Shown here: piece after piece, positions 21,950 through 32,770 of the stretch | Position numbering within the stretch: position 1 is the stretch's first letter | Layout: every line of letters begins with the position of its first letter | Assembly (NCBI GenBank): GCA_030704615.1 | Contig: CM060732.1 | Coordinates: forward strand, 52,452,001 to 52,516,000 | Direction of reading: 5' to 3' | DNA length: 64,000 bases | DNA from: Takakia lepidozioides | Taxonomy: Eukaryota; Plantae; Bryophyta | Position numbers and translations under genes: made by a program | Notes under the pieces: generated by a model | The model's database searches: none | What the model was told of the DNA's origin: nothing | The model's input: the letters and a program-made list of their open reading frames with translations, nothing else

Positions 21950-24900
21950 TGTCGTGCACCTAAGCATCGTGCCACAACATACATCGTTGTCCACCACACA
22001 ATCTAAGCACACAATCCTAGAAAGCTATACCACAATGATAAGAGATGAGAAATGAGAGAAGTAGAAAACAATGAAGGCTCTCAAAGCATGAAGCAATCAC
22101 ATGAAGAACAAGCCCTAGTCTTTCCAAGTGAAATCCACTCTATCACATAAACTAAGTCAAGCCAAGGGCACCTTTGCTAAAAGAATCCACCCTACAAAGC
22201 CCTCAACACACTCCCTCTCAATACCTAGAGCTATGGAGGTGAGAGAAGCTCATGGAGGCTCAACTACAAGAAGATGAGCCTCCTCAACACTCACAAGGGG
22301 AAAACCTATTTCCATGTCTCAAGTGAGGCTCGACACCTCACTTGGCATGTGAGACCAAATGAAGTCCCAACACACAAAATATAAATATAAATATCTAAAA
22401 TGTCATAGTTAACTAGAAGTAGGTAATTCTAGATAACCATGACTAAAACCATGACAGCTGTCGTGCACCTAAGCATCGTGCCACAACATACATCGTTGTC
22501 CACCACACAATCTAAGCACACAATCCTAGAAAGCTATACCACAATCGCCCCCCTAGCTGGTGGTTAGGTCCCTCTAACTCCAGATAGCTACAAGATGTAA
22601 TAGCCACAGCCGTACTAAGTCCTCTATCACTTATTGTACTCAAACTCTATAGACCAAGAGGCCGGGTACAAGAGCAACCCCATCATTAGTTGTCGTCTTG
22701 CAATCTGTGAACTTGAGTCAGGATCTCGTGTGTTGGTCTCCTAGTAACTTGGCCTTGCATTTCTTGTTAGCCTTCCATGGTTGTATCCACTCCCACTATC
22801 CAATGCAATGCGGACATAACCAATCCCCATCAGGAACCATCTCAAGAGGTGGAGTCAAGCATCCCATATGCCAACCTCTAGAGCATTGATCACACACCAG
22901 CATGGTGGCTGCCCCTCTAGCAGACCCACACAACATGCACCTCAAACTTGCAGATACCACTGCCAGGTTTGGGTCAATCCTGCCATCGACATTCGGAAGG
23001 TGACATGGCGCACAATTACGCACATGGTCCTTCCAAGTTATGTCATCCCGACCCTCCAAGATCAAGACGCCTGAGGGCAAAACCTCTCGAACCCTCAAAA
23101 TAACACGTCATGCAGTCACATCCAATGTCGTAGGAGCAGTCTGCTGCAGATAGACATAGTCACCAGGGTTGAATCTCCGAACCCCAGGACGATAGCCCCC
23201 ACCACGTATGGTAGCATACCTCAACGTATCACGATGGTGTGCAATGGCAAGGTTTCGAAAGCCATGGGCATGACTTTCTTGAACAACTATGCACGCTGCT
23301 CACATGCACGTGCCCACACATCTGGATCGTCAAGGTTAAGAACTGTAGCAGCTTCTCTGCGAATGGATGTAGGCAAATCCGACTCTCGGCCAAAGAGAAG
23401 AAAGTATGGTGAGAATGAGGCAAATGATGCTTGCTTGCTGAACCTGTAGCCCATGGCTAACCAGGGTAACTGAAGGTCCCAATCTCCTAGGTGTCCCTTC
23501 TGCAAGCCATACTTGAGCAAACCCCTCTTTATTATCTGAACAACTCTCTCTGCCAAGCCATCGGCCTCAGGATGATCCCGAGAAGTGGTGCGGTGGTCTA
23601 TCAAGGCCTTGTCACACAAAGCCTGAAGCTCCCCCAAGAACTCTCTCCCTTTGTCCGTGAGTACCTCAGCTGGAGCACCGAATCGGCTAAGCACACAATC
23701 CAAGAATGCATACGCAGCTCCCTCACTAGCCTTATCAGGCAATGGAACCAATTCAATCCACTTGGAGAAGTGCTCCACCATCACCAACACGTACTTGTTG
23801 TGGCGCATGGTCAGTGGTAACGGCCCTGCGAAGTCAAGACTCCACTTGTAGCCCAATCCCATGATCGGAAGAGGGTGCAATTGTGGAGTAGGGGCGTTGA
23901 ATGAAGCACGCACCCTGTCACACACCATGCACCTAGCCACAAATTGTTGCACCTCTGTGTGCATACCACGCCGCCAATACTGCCCCTGCAGTAGACTATG
24001 AGTGCGTCGCACCCCAAAATGCCCTAACTCCTTATGGGTATGCCGCACTAACCGTGCCCGCTGTGTTGGGTGAGGCACAATCCTCACTCGACCATCCTCC
24101 CACACTCGGAGCAGGTGTGTCCCCTCCCACTTGAACCTCTTGGCTCGTTGTAGGATCCGATCCCTCTCCTTGGCAGTCACAGTGGCTGCAGTGTCTCCAA
24201 TGCGGAGGTAGTCCAACACAACTGAATCCTCGTGTATATCTTTGGCGCCACCTTGCTCATTGCTGACCTCAGGGTCCTCAGACACTTGATCTACAGTCAT
24301 CCCTGTTGCAAGTCCAACCTGGCCTTCCGCTGCCAAGATACATAAAAATGCAGATGCATGCCATCCGGGCACCATCTCCTCGTCCGTCTCACCATGCCAC
24401 CGAGCTCCAGTGTCATCCTGCTGGCTCGTGCATGGATTGCGACTCAACCCATCTGCATTGCGATTGACCAAACCTGATCGATGCACCACCTGAAAGTCAT
24501 ACTCTTGAAAGATGAGTGCCCACCGTGCAAGCTTCCTCGTAATCTTGTCTGACTTCATCAACCACTTGAGTGGTTGGTGATCCGTGACAAGGGTGAAGAG
24601 ATTGTCGTATAGATAGTACCTGAAGTGTGCCACGGCCCACACTGCAGCTAAGCATTCTCCCTCATATGAGCTATACTTAGACTCTACAATGTTGTTCGAG
24701 CGGCTAGCATAAGCCACTACGAACTCTCTTCCCTCATCATCCACCTGTGTGAGCACCGCTCCAAGCCCCAGCATGCTCCAATCTGTATGCAGCTGAAAAG
24801 GACGCCCCCTGATAGGTCGTCTCAAGATGGGCGCCGAGGTCAACCTCGCCTTGAGCTCTTGAAAAGCTTGTTCTTGCTCATCTTCCCACTGCCACTCCTG

Positions 24901-25490
24901 GTCCACCTTGGTCAGCTTGGTTAGAGCCTTTGCAATGGCACTAAATCCCTTAACAAACCATCTATAATAGTTTGCTAACCCCATGAAAGCTCGAACTCGG
25001 CTCACATCCGTGGGGCGTGGAACCTGTGCAATGGACTCTACCTTAGTCTGCTGTACCCCCAATCCTCCAGGATATATCATGTGACCCAGATACTCAATCT
25101 GGTTGTGGAAAAACTTGCACTTTCCTGGATGTAACTTCAATCCGTGCGCCCTCAAGCGCTCAAATACCCCCTGAAGATGTCTCTCATGCTCCTCCACCGT
25201 AGCACTAAAGATGATGATGTCATCTATGTAGCACCGAGCAAACTCCACCCCTGCTAGAATCCTGTCCATGACTCTTTGAAACTCAGCAGGAGCGTTTTTA
25301 AGCCCAAATGGTAAGAACCGCCACTGGTATAGGCAATCCTTCCCGTGCTCATTGATCCCCCAGAATGTCGTCTTTTGCTTATCCGCCTCCTTGATCGGCA
25401 ACTAGTGATATCTGGATCGTAAATCCAACGTGCTAAAGACCTTGGCATGCCCAATGGCATCAAAGATCTCCTCTGGTGTTGACATGGCAT
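21950..25490 (-). mobile_element. Gypsy-type element copy 1 (5'-truncated): partial RT, RNase H, integrase, PHD finger, PPT and A-B-A terminus
   Basis: ORF 23287..25401 has PFGLKNAP, YIDD, LHTDWS, TDHQPL, the HHCC zinc finger and the DDE core. PHD is in ORF 22796..23098. PPT at 22544-22553. Identical 85-bp repeats at 21950-22034 and 22459-22543. Confidence 0.95.
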
Positions 25491-26059
25491 TTTAGTCCGG
25501 GGGTCGTAAGCCGCGACGCCCTGGCGTCGCGGAGACCGCCACCTTGCCTGCGCCACGTCTTTTTTTAATATTAAATATAAAACAAAAGCGACGCCGGAGT
25601 GTCGCAACAACCCACACCCAGGCATGGCGGAGACCGACTCCTGCTCCTGCTGTTTTTTTGCCACGCCCAATAGTCGCTTGGCGTACCACCCGGCTTACAC
25701 CACGTGTTTTTGGGTTTTAGGATGGGACTCCCGGGCAGGTTAGAAAAAAAAAGGGGATGCGACGCCACGCCGGCGCCCCCACCAACGCCGTCGGCTGGAG
25801 GGCCACGACGGCGAGACGTCGCTCGAAGAGGCCCCTGCCATCGGCGCGGACGGCCTGAAAAATCGATGGCGGGCAGTCGTGGGAGTTGGGGCGGGGGCTC
25901 GCGACCCCTATACGTCGCATTTTTGCGATGTCATTTTGGCGACGCCCATACGACTGCCGGGCATCTCAAATTCTGCGCCTGCCACGTGCCCGAAAATGGT
26001 GTTTTCCCGACGTTGCGGCGTGGCGCGGGCGTCGCAAATGCCCCCATTTTCCTGTAGTG
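25491..26059. mobile_element. One-ended CACTA (En/Spm) DNA transposon fragment
   Basis: Ends TTTTCCTGTAGTG, the reverse complement of CACTACAGGAAAA. Many GCGACGCC/GGCGTCGC subterminal repeats in both orientations; GC-rich; no second TIR. Confidence 0.8.
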
Positions 26060-29000
26060 GATGCTGAGTAGAGCTGCTATTGCAGGCTTGGGCCTTACGA
26101 AGGCAGATATGGAGCCTTGTCCTTTCCAGATACAGACGTCTTTGGGAGGATCGGAGTAGGCTCGGGGCATGACATGGCGTGAGTTGGCTATCAGACTACG
26201 GCTGGATCACCCTACAGATGACTCAGTGATGCGAGCCAAGGCCATTGTGACAGACGCGGTCTTGTACGATGTCTTGGTTGGTGGGGCAGAGTTGTACCCC
26301 ATGGGCTTCACCCTAGATTTTTGGGAGGAGTCAGCTTCCTATAGGCCTGGATAGCAGTCAGGGGAGGGCCGGTGTGTGCAGCTCCCTCTGACGGTCATAG
26401 GAGGAGTTGTGGTTGCCCAGCGAGGCAAGATGTCGACACTAACAACATTCACAGCTGCAGTGAGTTGGCCTGGAGAGTTGCTTGAGAGCAATGCTCATTC
26501 AGAGGATGTGTCACCTCCGGGAGAGCAGGATGACATGTATGGTATGGCGGAGTTGCCTGCCATGGTTGCTCAAACTCCATTGTGGGGCACGAGCAAGGAT
26601 TTGCAGCGGGTTGCTGATCGATGGGTGCAACAAGCCTGGGTGGAGACTTTTGTACCATCAAGAGAGGAGGAGAGTGCGGAGATTGCACCAGGACCACCTC
26701 AGTTGTCTCCATTGGACACCACACCTATTGTGTGGCAGTATCCGGATGAAGGCATTTGTCTTCTGGACTTGTTTGGCGGGATCAGCACCGGATTGGCTGC
26801 TGTGTTACAGACAGGTGTACGAGTTCGGCGTTACCTATATGTGGAGAAGGATGAGACTGCACGACGCGTTTCACTTTGTCATGTTGCTTAGTTGGTTCTG
26901 CAGTTCGTGGATACCAGCAGGCCTTGCCAACAGACATGTCGTTGCTGGGGGCGCAGGATTTGGAGCGGGTTGGCTCCATTGATCTGGTAGTGGCAGGTTG
27001 GCTCTGGCAAGGGCATTCATCAGCCGGGCATGGCAATGGATTGCGAGACTCGAGGTCGGGTCTGTTTTGGAGTTTTGCGCCACTTCCAGCTTCATCAAGC
27101 TGTATCTCCAACATACATCTTGGAGAATGTGCCACTGATGGGCGATTCTTGGGCCAGATGGCCAGTGTGCATTAAGTCCGGTCGTGGCTTGGGTCAGTAG
27201 TGTTGCTGGATGTAGCTGTAGTGGGGTCACGGGCTCATCGTCCACGGCTATGGTGGACTAACTTGATGCCACCCGCACTACTCAAGCGTGCATTTGATAG
27301 GGTGCGGCCAGCACACCTCACAGTGGATAGCATTTTGGACACATGGAGGCAGTCTCAGCGTGTGAGACACAATGACCGTTTGCCTTTGGTAGTGGTCAAC
27401 AGGGTAGGTCAACCACGAGCAACATTACCTACACTGCTCAGCTTCCCAGGATCGCATGCTTTCCGGGATAGTGGACCTGGCCTCCTGTGGGATGCTCAGT
27501 TGCAGCAGTTAGTGGAGCCTAATGCTGACGAGCGGGAGTGGGCAATGGGTTTTACCACTGGTACCATGACGGTGTCGTCTCTTTCTGAGGCATCACGTCG
27601 TCAGGTGTTGGGGCAAGCAATGGATCTCAATTGCTTGACCTGGATTATCAGCTTGGCTATGGCTGAGCAACGCAGAGTGCGGAGTACACTTCCCTTGCTG
27701 GTCTCTCTTCCTACCGAGATGGTACAGGCAGTGAGTGGGGGCGAGCATGTGAGGACCACGGGGTGCAGGCATCCATGGCACACGTGGGAGGTGCTCGAGG
27801 TTCAGAGGGAGTTGGCAGCCAAGGTGGCGGTGATGGATGAGGTTGGGGATTTTTCTCGGGTTGAGGAAGTCCTCGAGGATGAGATGATGGGGCAGGATGA
27901 GGCCTTGTCATTGACTGAGTAGGTAGGGAGTACTGCTCAAGAGGTTGCAACATAGCAACCACTGGACGCGTCCTCTATCTGTAAGCCCACTAGACTTAAG
28001 GTTACAGTTACTGAGGACAATTAGGAGCCTGACATTGGACCCATTGTCATCGGAGGAGAGAGACGATGTATACGGCGGTTCCTGAGGGCTTACAGGAATT
28101 GCTTTGCCTTCAGTTTGAAGGACTTGGGAGCACTGAAGGGTCAAGAGATCCGTATTGAGTTGGCCACTGACACGCCAATCTTTCGGAGACCCTATAGATA
28201 CAGTGACATGGAGAGGTCTTTGATTCAGATGAGGACTCAAGATCTCTGGGAGGCAGGTTTGGTGGAGCTCTCTGGTGGAAAGTATGCTTCAGCCACAGTG
28301 ATGCCAGCCAAGAAGGATGTCTATGGCAATTGGACGGAGAGACGTATGTGCGGTGATTACCGGCCTGTAAATCGTCAGACCAAGTCCGATAAGTATGCCA
28401 TGCCAACAGCAGAGGAGATCTTTGATGCCATCGGGCATGCGAAGGTCTTTAGCACTTTGGATTTAAGATCCGGATATCACCAGTTGCCGATCAAGGAGGC
28501 GGACAAGCAGAAGACGACATTCTGGGGGATCAATTAGCACGGCAAGGATTGCCTATATTAGTGGCGGTTTTACCATTTGGGCTTAAGAACGATCATGTAG
28601 AGTTTCAGAGAGTCATGGATAGGATTCTAGCAGGGGTGGACTTTGCTTGGTGCTACATAGATGACATCATCATCTTTAGTGCTACGGTGGAGGAGCATGA
28701 GAGACACCTTCAGGTGGTATTGGAGCGCTTGAGAATGCACGGATTGAAGTTGCATCCGGGGAAGTGCAAGTTTTTCCACAACCAGATTGAGTATCTGGGT
28801 CACATGATATATCCTGGAGGATTGGGGGTACAGCAGACTAAGGTAGAGGCCATTGCACGTATTCCACGCCCCACGGATGTGTGCCAAGTTCGAGCTTTCA
28901 TAGGGTTGGCAAACTATTATAGACGGTTTGTCAAGGGATTTAGTGCCATTGCAAAGGCTCTAACCAAGCTGACCAAGGTGGACCAGGAGTGGCAGAGGGA

Positions 29001-31732
29001 AGATGAGCAGGAACGAGCTTTTCAAGAGTTCAAGGCGAGGTTGACTTCGGCGCCTATCCTGAGACGAATTATCAGGGGGCGTCCCTTTCAGCTGCATACA
29101 GATTAGAGCATGCTGGGGCTTGGAGCGGTGCTCACACAGGTGGATGATGAGGGAAGAGAGTTCGTAGTGGCTTATGCTAGCCACTCGAACAACGCTGCAG
29201 AGACTAAGTATAGCTCATATGAGGGAGAGCGCTTAGCTGCAGTGTGGGCCGTGGCACACTTCAGGTGCTATCTATACGACAATCTTTTCACCTTGTCACG
29301 GATCACCAGCCACTCAAGTGGTTGATGGAGTCAGACAAGCTTATGGGGAAGCTTGCACGGTGGGCACTCATACTCCAGGAGTATGACTTTCAGGTTGTGC
29401 ATCGACTGGGTTTGGTCAATCGGGATGCGGATGGATTGAATCGCAATGCATGCACGAGCCAGCAGGATGACACTGGAGCTCGGTGGCATGGTGAGACGGA
29501 CAAGGAGATGGTGCCGGGATGGCATGCATCTACCTTTTTGTGTATCTTGGCATCGGGAGGTCAGGTTGGACCTACAACAATGATGACTGTAGACGGAGTG
29601 TCTGAGGACCTTGAGGCTAGTGATAAGCCAGGTGGTACCAGAGATATACATGAGGATTCGGCTATGTTGGACTACCTCCGTACTGGAGACACGGCAGCCA
29701 CTGTGACTGCCAAGGAGAGGGATCGGATCCTACAATGAGCCAAGAGGTTCAAGTGGGAGGGGATACACCTGCTTCGAGTGTGGGAGGATGGTCGGGTGAG
29801 GATCGTGTCTCACCCAACACAGCGTGCACGGTTAGTGCGGCATGCCCATGAGGAGTTGGGGCATTTTGGAATGCGATGCACTCACAATTTACTGCAGGGG
29901 CAGTATTGGTGGCGTGGTATGCATACAGAGGTGCAACAGTTCGTGGCTAGGTGCATGGTGTGTGACAGGGTGCATGCTTCATTCAATGCCCCTACACCAC
30001 AGTTGCATCTTTTATCAATCAGGGGGTTGGGCTACAGGTTGAGTCTTGACTTTGCAAGACCGTTGCCACTGACTATGCGCCACTACAGTTATGTGTTGGT
30101 GATGGTGGAACACTTCTCCAAGTGGATTGAGTTGGTTCCATTGCCTGACAAGGCTAGTGAGGGGGCTGCGTATGCATTCTTGGATCGTGTGCTTAGCCGA
30201 TTCGGTGCTCCAGCTGAGGTACTCAGAGACCAAGGGAGAGAGTTCTTGGGGGAGTTTCAGACTTTGTGTGATAAAGCCTTGATAGATCACCGCACCATTT
30301 CTCGGGATCATCCTGAGGCCGATGGCTTGGCAGAGAGAGTTGTTCAGACGGTGAAGAGGGGTTTGCGCAAGTATGGCTTGCAGAAGGGACACCTAGGAGA
30401 TTGAGATCTTCAGGTACCTTGGTTAGCCATGGGCTACCGGTTCAGCAAGCAAGCATCACTTGCCTCCTTCTCACCATATTTTCTTCTCTTTGGCCGAGAG
30501 CCGGATTTGCCTGCAGCCATTCGTAGGGACACTGCTCAAGTCCTTAACCTTGATGATCCGGACGTGTGGGTACGTGCATGTGATCAGCATGCAGAGTTGT
30601 TCAAGAAAGTCATGCCCATGGCTTTTGAGAACCTTGCCATTGCACAGCACCGTGATACGTTGAGGTATGTCACTATACGTAGTGGAGAATATCGTTCTGG
30701 GGTTTGGAGGTTTAGCCCTGGTGACTATGTTTATTTGCAGCAGACTGCTCCTACAACCCTGGATGTCACTGCAGGGCGTGTTATTCTGAGGGTTCGAGAG
30801 GTGTTGCCCTCAGGAGTCCTGATCCTGGAGGGTCGGGATGGCATGACTTGGAAAGACCATGTGCGTAATTGTGTGCCATGTCACCTTCCCAATGTCGATG
30901 GTAGAGTTGACCCAAGCTTGGCAGTGGTACCTGCAGGTTTGAGGTGTATGCTCTGTGGGTCTGCCAAAGGAGCAGCCACCATGCTAGTGTGTGATCGATG
31001 CTCAAGAGGTTGGCATATGGGATGCTTGACACCACCTCTTGAGAGGGTTCCTGATGGAGATTGGTTATGTCCACACTGCTTGGGATAGTGGCAGTGGACA
31101 TGACTAGAGGCAGCTAACAAGACATGGGAGGCCAAGCTCATAGGAGTCAATACACGAAATCCCAGGCTCAAGTTCACAGGTTGCAAGACGACGACTAATG
31201 ATGGGGCAACTCTTGCACCCGGCCTCTTGATCTATCGAGTTTGAGTGTAGTAGAGACAGTGGTGGAGGACTTAGTGAGGCTATGGTCACTATCACATCTT
31301 GTGGCTACCGCTGGACTTAGAGGGACCTAAGCACTAGCTAGGGGGGCGATTGTGTGGACTAGTGACTGCCATAGTGGGCAGCATAGTGGCAGCCTAGTGA
31401 CTGACTAGTTGTAGCCTAGTGGTTGGACTAGTGGCTGGATTAGTGGTGGACTAGTGATATACTAGTCTGTGGTGTGCACATGTGCTGTGTGGTTTTGGAC
31501 AACGATGTAGTTGTGTAGCGATACGTATACCATACATATTGACATTTGGGATTGGCCCAAGTGTCAATCCAGGGGGTCAAGGCAGATTTAGGCCCTGGAG
31601 TGGTTATCTTCACGGCAAGCGCGGGAGGCTCATCTTTCTCGAGTTGAGCCTCACCGCGCCTGGCTATGGCACCGTAATGTGGATTCCCCATGGCGTGGGG
31701 TACACTTGGCTTGACTTGTATTTGAGTGATGA
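26060..31732 (+). mobile_element. Gypsy-type element copy 2: protease C-terminal half, C5 DNA methyltransferase, RT, RNase H, integrase, PHD, PPT, truncated A-B terminus (decayed)
   Basis: YDVLVG (protease-like), DNMT motifs at 26751-27630, RMCGDYRPVN/LDLRSGYHQ/YIDD, RNase H and integrase, PHD at 30945-31079, PPT GGGGGGCGAT at 31341-31350, repeat A from 31351. Multiple stops and frameshifts. Confidence 0.95.
26751..27630 (+). pseudogene. DNMT3-like cytosine-5 methyltransferase domain within pol (degenerate)
   Basis: Motif I LLDLFGGI, motif II YVEKD, motif IV IDLVVAGW[LW]QGHS, motif VI YILENVP (27114-27134, different frame), motif VIII SRAHRPRLWWTN, motif IX EREWAMGF, motif X RRQVLGQAMD. Confidence 0.9.
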
Positions 31733-32455
31733 TGTATAGTACTTGAACCTAGGGTCGCAAATTCGAACCTAGAGGGCACAATTGTTACTTTGTTACTTTT
31801 GTTTGCTTTACTTTGTTGCTTTTGTTGTCCTAGAGGGCACAATTGGCACTTCTTGTTCAGACGTCAAGTAGGTTTGTTGCTTGGTTGGAAAGAGAGAAGG
31901 GAGGAGGGCGATCCAGGAGGGTTTAGTGAAGTTGTGAATTTCATTCTAAAAAAAAAGGTCTCACCTGATGACGAGTCTCAGACACATGAAGGATATGGCT
32001 CGTACCTAACGATCCTGTCCAATGTTGGACCGGTATATAGGTCTTGGGCGGGTATCAACTAGGGTAAGGGTAATGGTATACATGATCATACCAGGCAGGT
32101 ACCTTGGGCAAAACCCGGCAATAAGATACATGGACTTCTAAAACCCTGGCTCAAAACATACCAGTCCGGTCTTCTTCCTCGCACTACCACTCCAATACCC
32201 GGCATGCGTTGGTTGAGGGACCAGATGTAGGGGTAGGGTTTAGGGTAGTTTTCATTAGGGATACTAACTACATAGAGCGTTTTCAAGAGGGCACTTCAAT
32301 GAGGATGGAGGCGCAGATTTGAGGCAAATTTGACGAGATTGTGGCGCTGGGAGGCATTTTTGCATGGCTACGCCTTCATGTCTAGAAGTTTGGTAGGGTT
32401 TTCAGTCAGATTTCCTCTTCTTAAATGTGCATCTGCTGTTGTTTTGCTTTGCTTT

Positions 32456-32683
32456 GTTTTGAAAACATATATTACCTCAACAATAGTTTTTGAGGGAGGT
32501 AAGAAACAATTGTTGAGGTAATATCTGTTTTGAAAACCAAAAAAAAAATTTTGAAAAGAAAATTACCTCAACAATAGTTTTTGAGGGAGGTAAAAAATAA
32601 TTGTTGAGGTAATATCTGTTTTCAAAACCATTACGTTTTTTTTTAAAAAGAAAATTACCTCAACAATAGTTTTTGAGGGAGGT
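32456..32683. repeat. Tandem array (about 2.5 x 90 bp) of an internally palindromic unit
   Basis: ATTACCTCAACAAT...ATTGTTGAGGTAAT at 32471 and 32563, with a half unit at 32653. Confidence 0.85.
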
Positions 32684-32770
32684 GAATAGTTGAAATCTTA
32701 ATATGATTTAAAGGGCCTCCGTCTTTATTTATTTATTTAAAAACCAGACCCTGGCACATACCAGGCTGGT

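Noticed and set aside
21950-22543. Separate TRIM (LTR-internal-LTR) next to the element
   Set aside because: B has no tRNA PBS and ends in a pyrimidine tract rather than a PPT. The arrangement recurs in two subfamilies directly after the pol PPT.
25571-26170. Short GC-rich ORFs, and antisense ORFs over the PPR, KCS and pol regions
   Set aside because: They are explained by CACTA subterminal repeats or are shadows of real coding frames.
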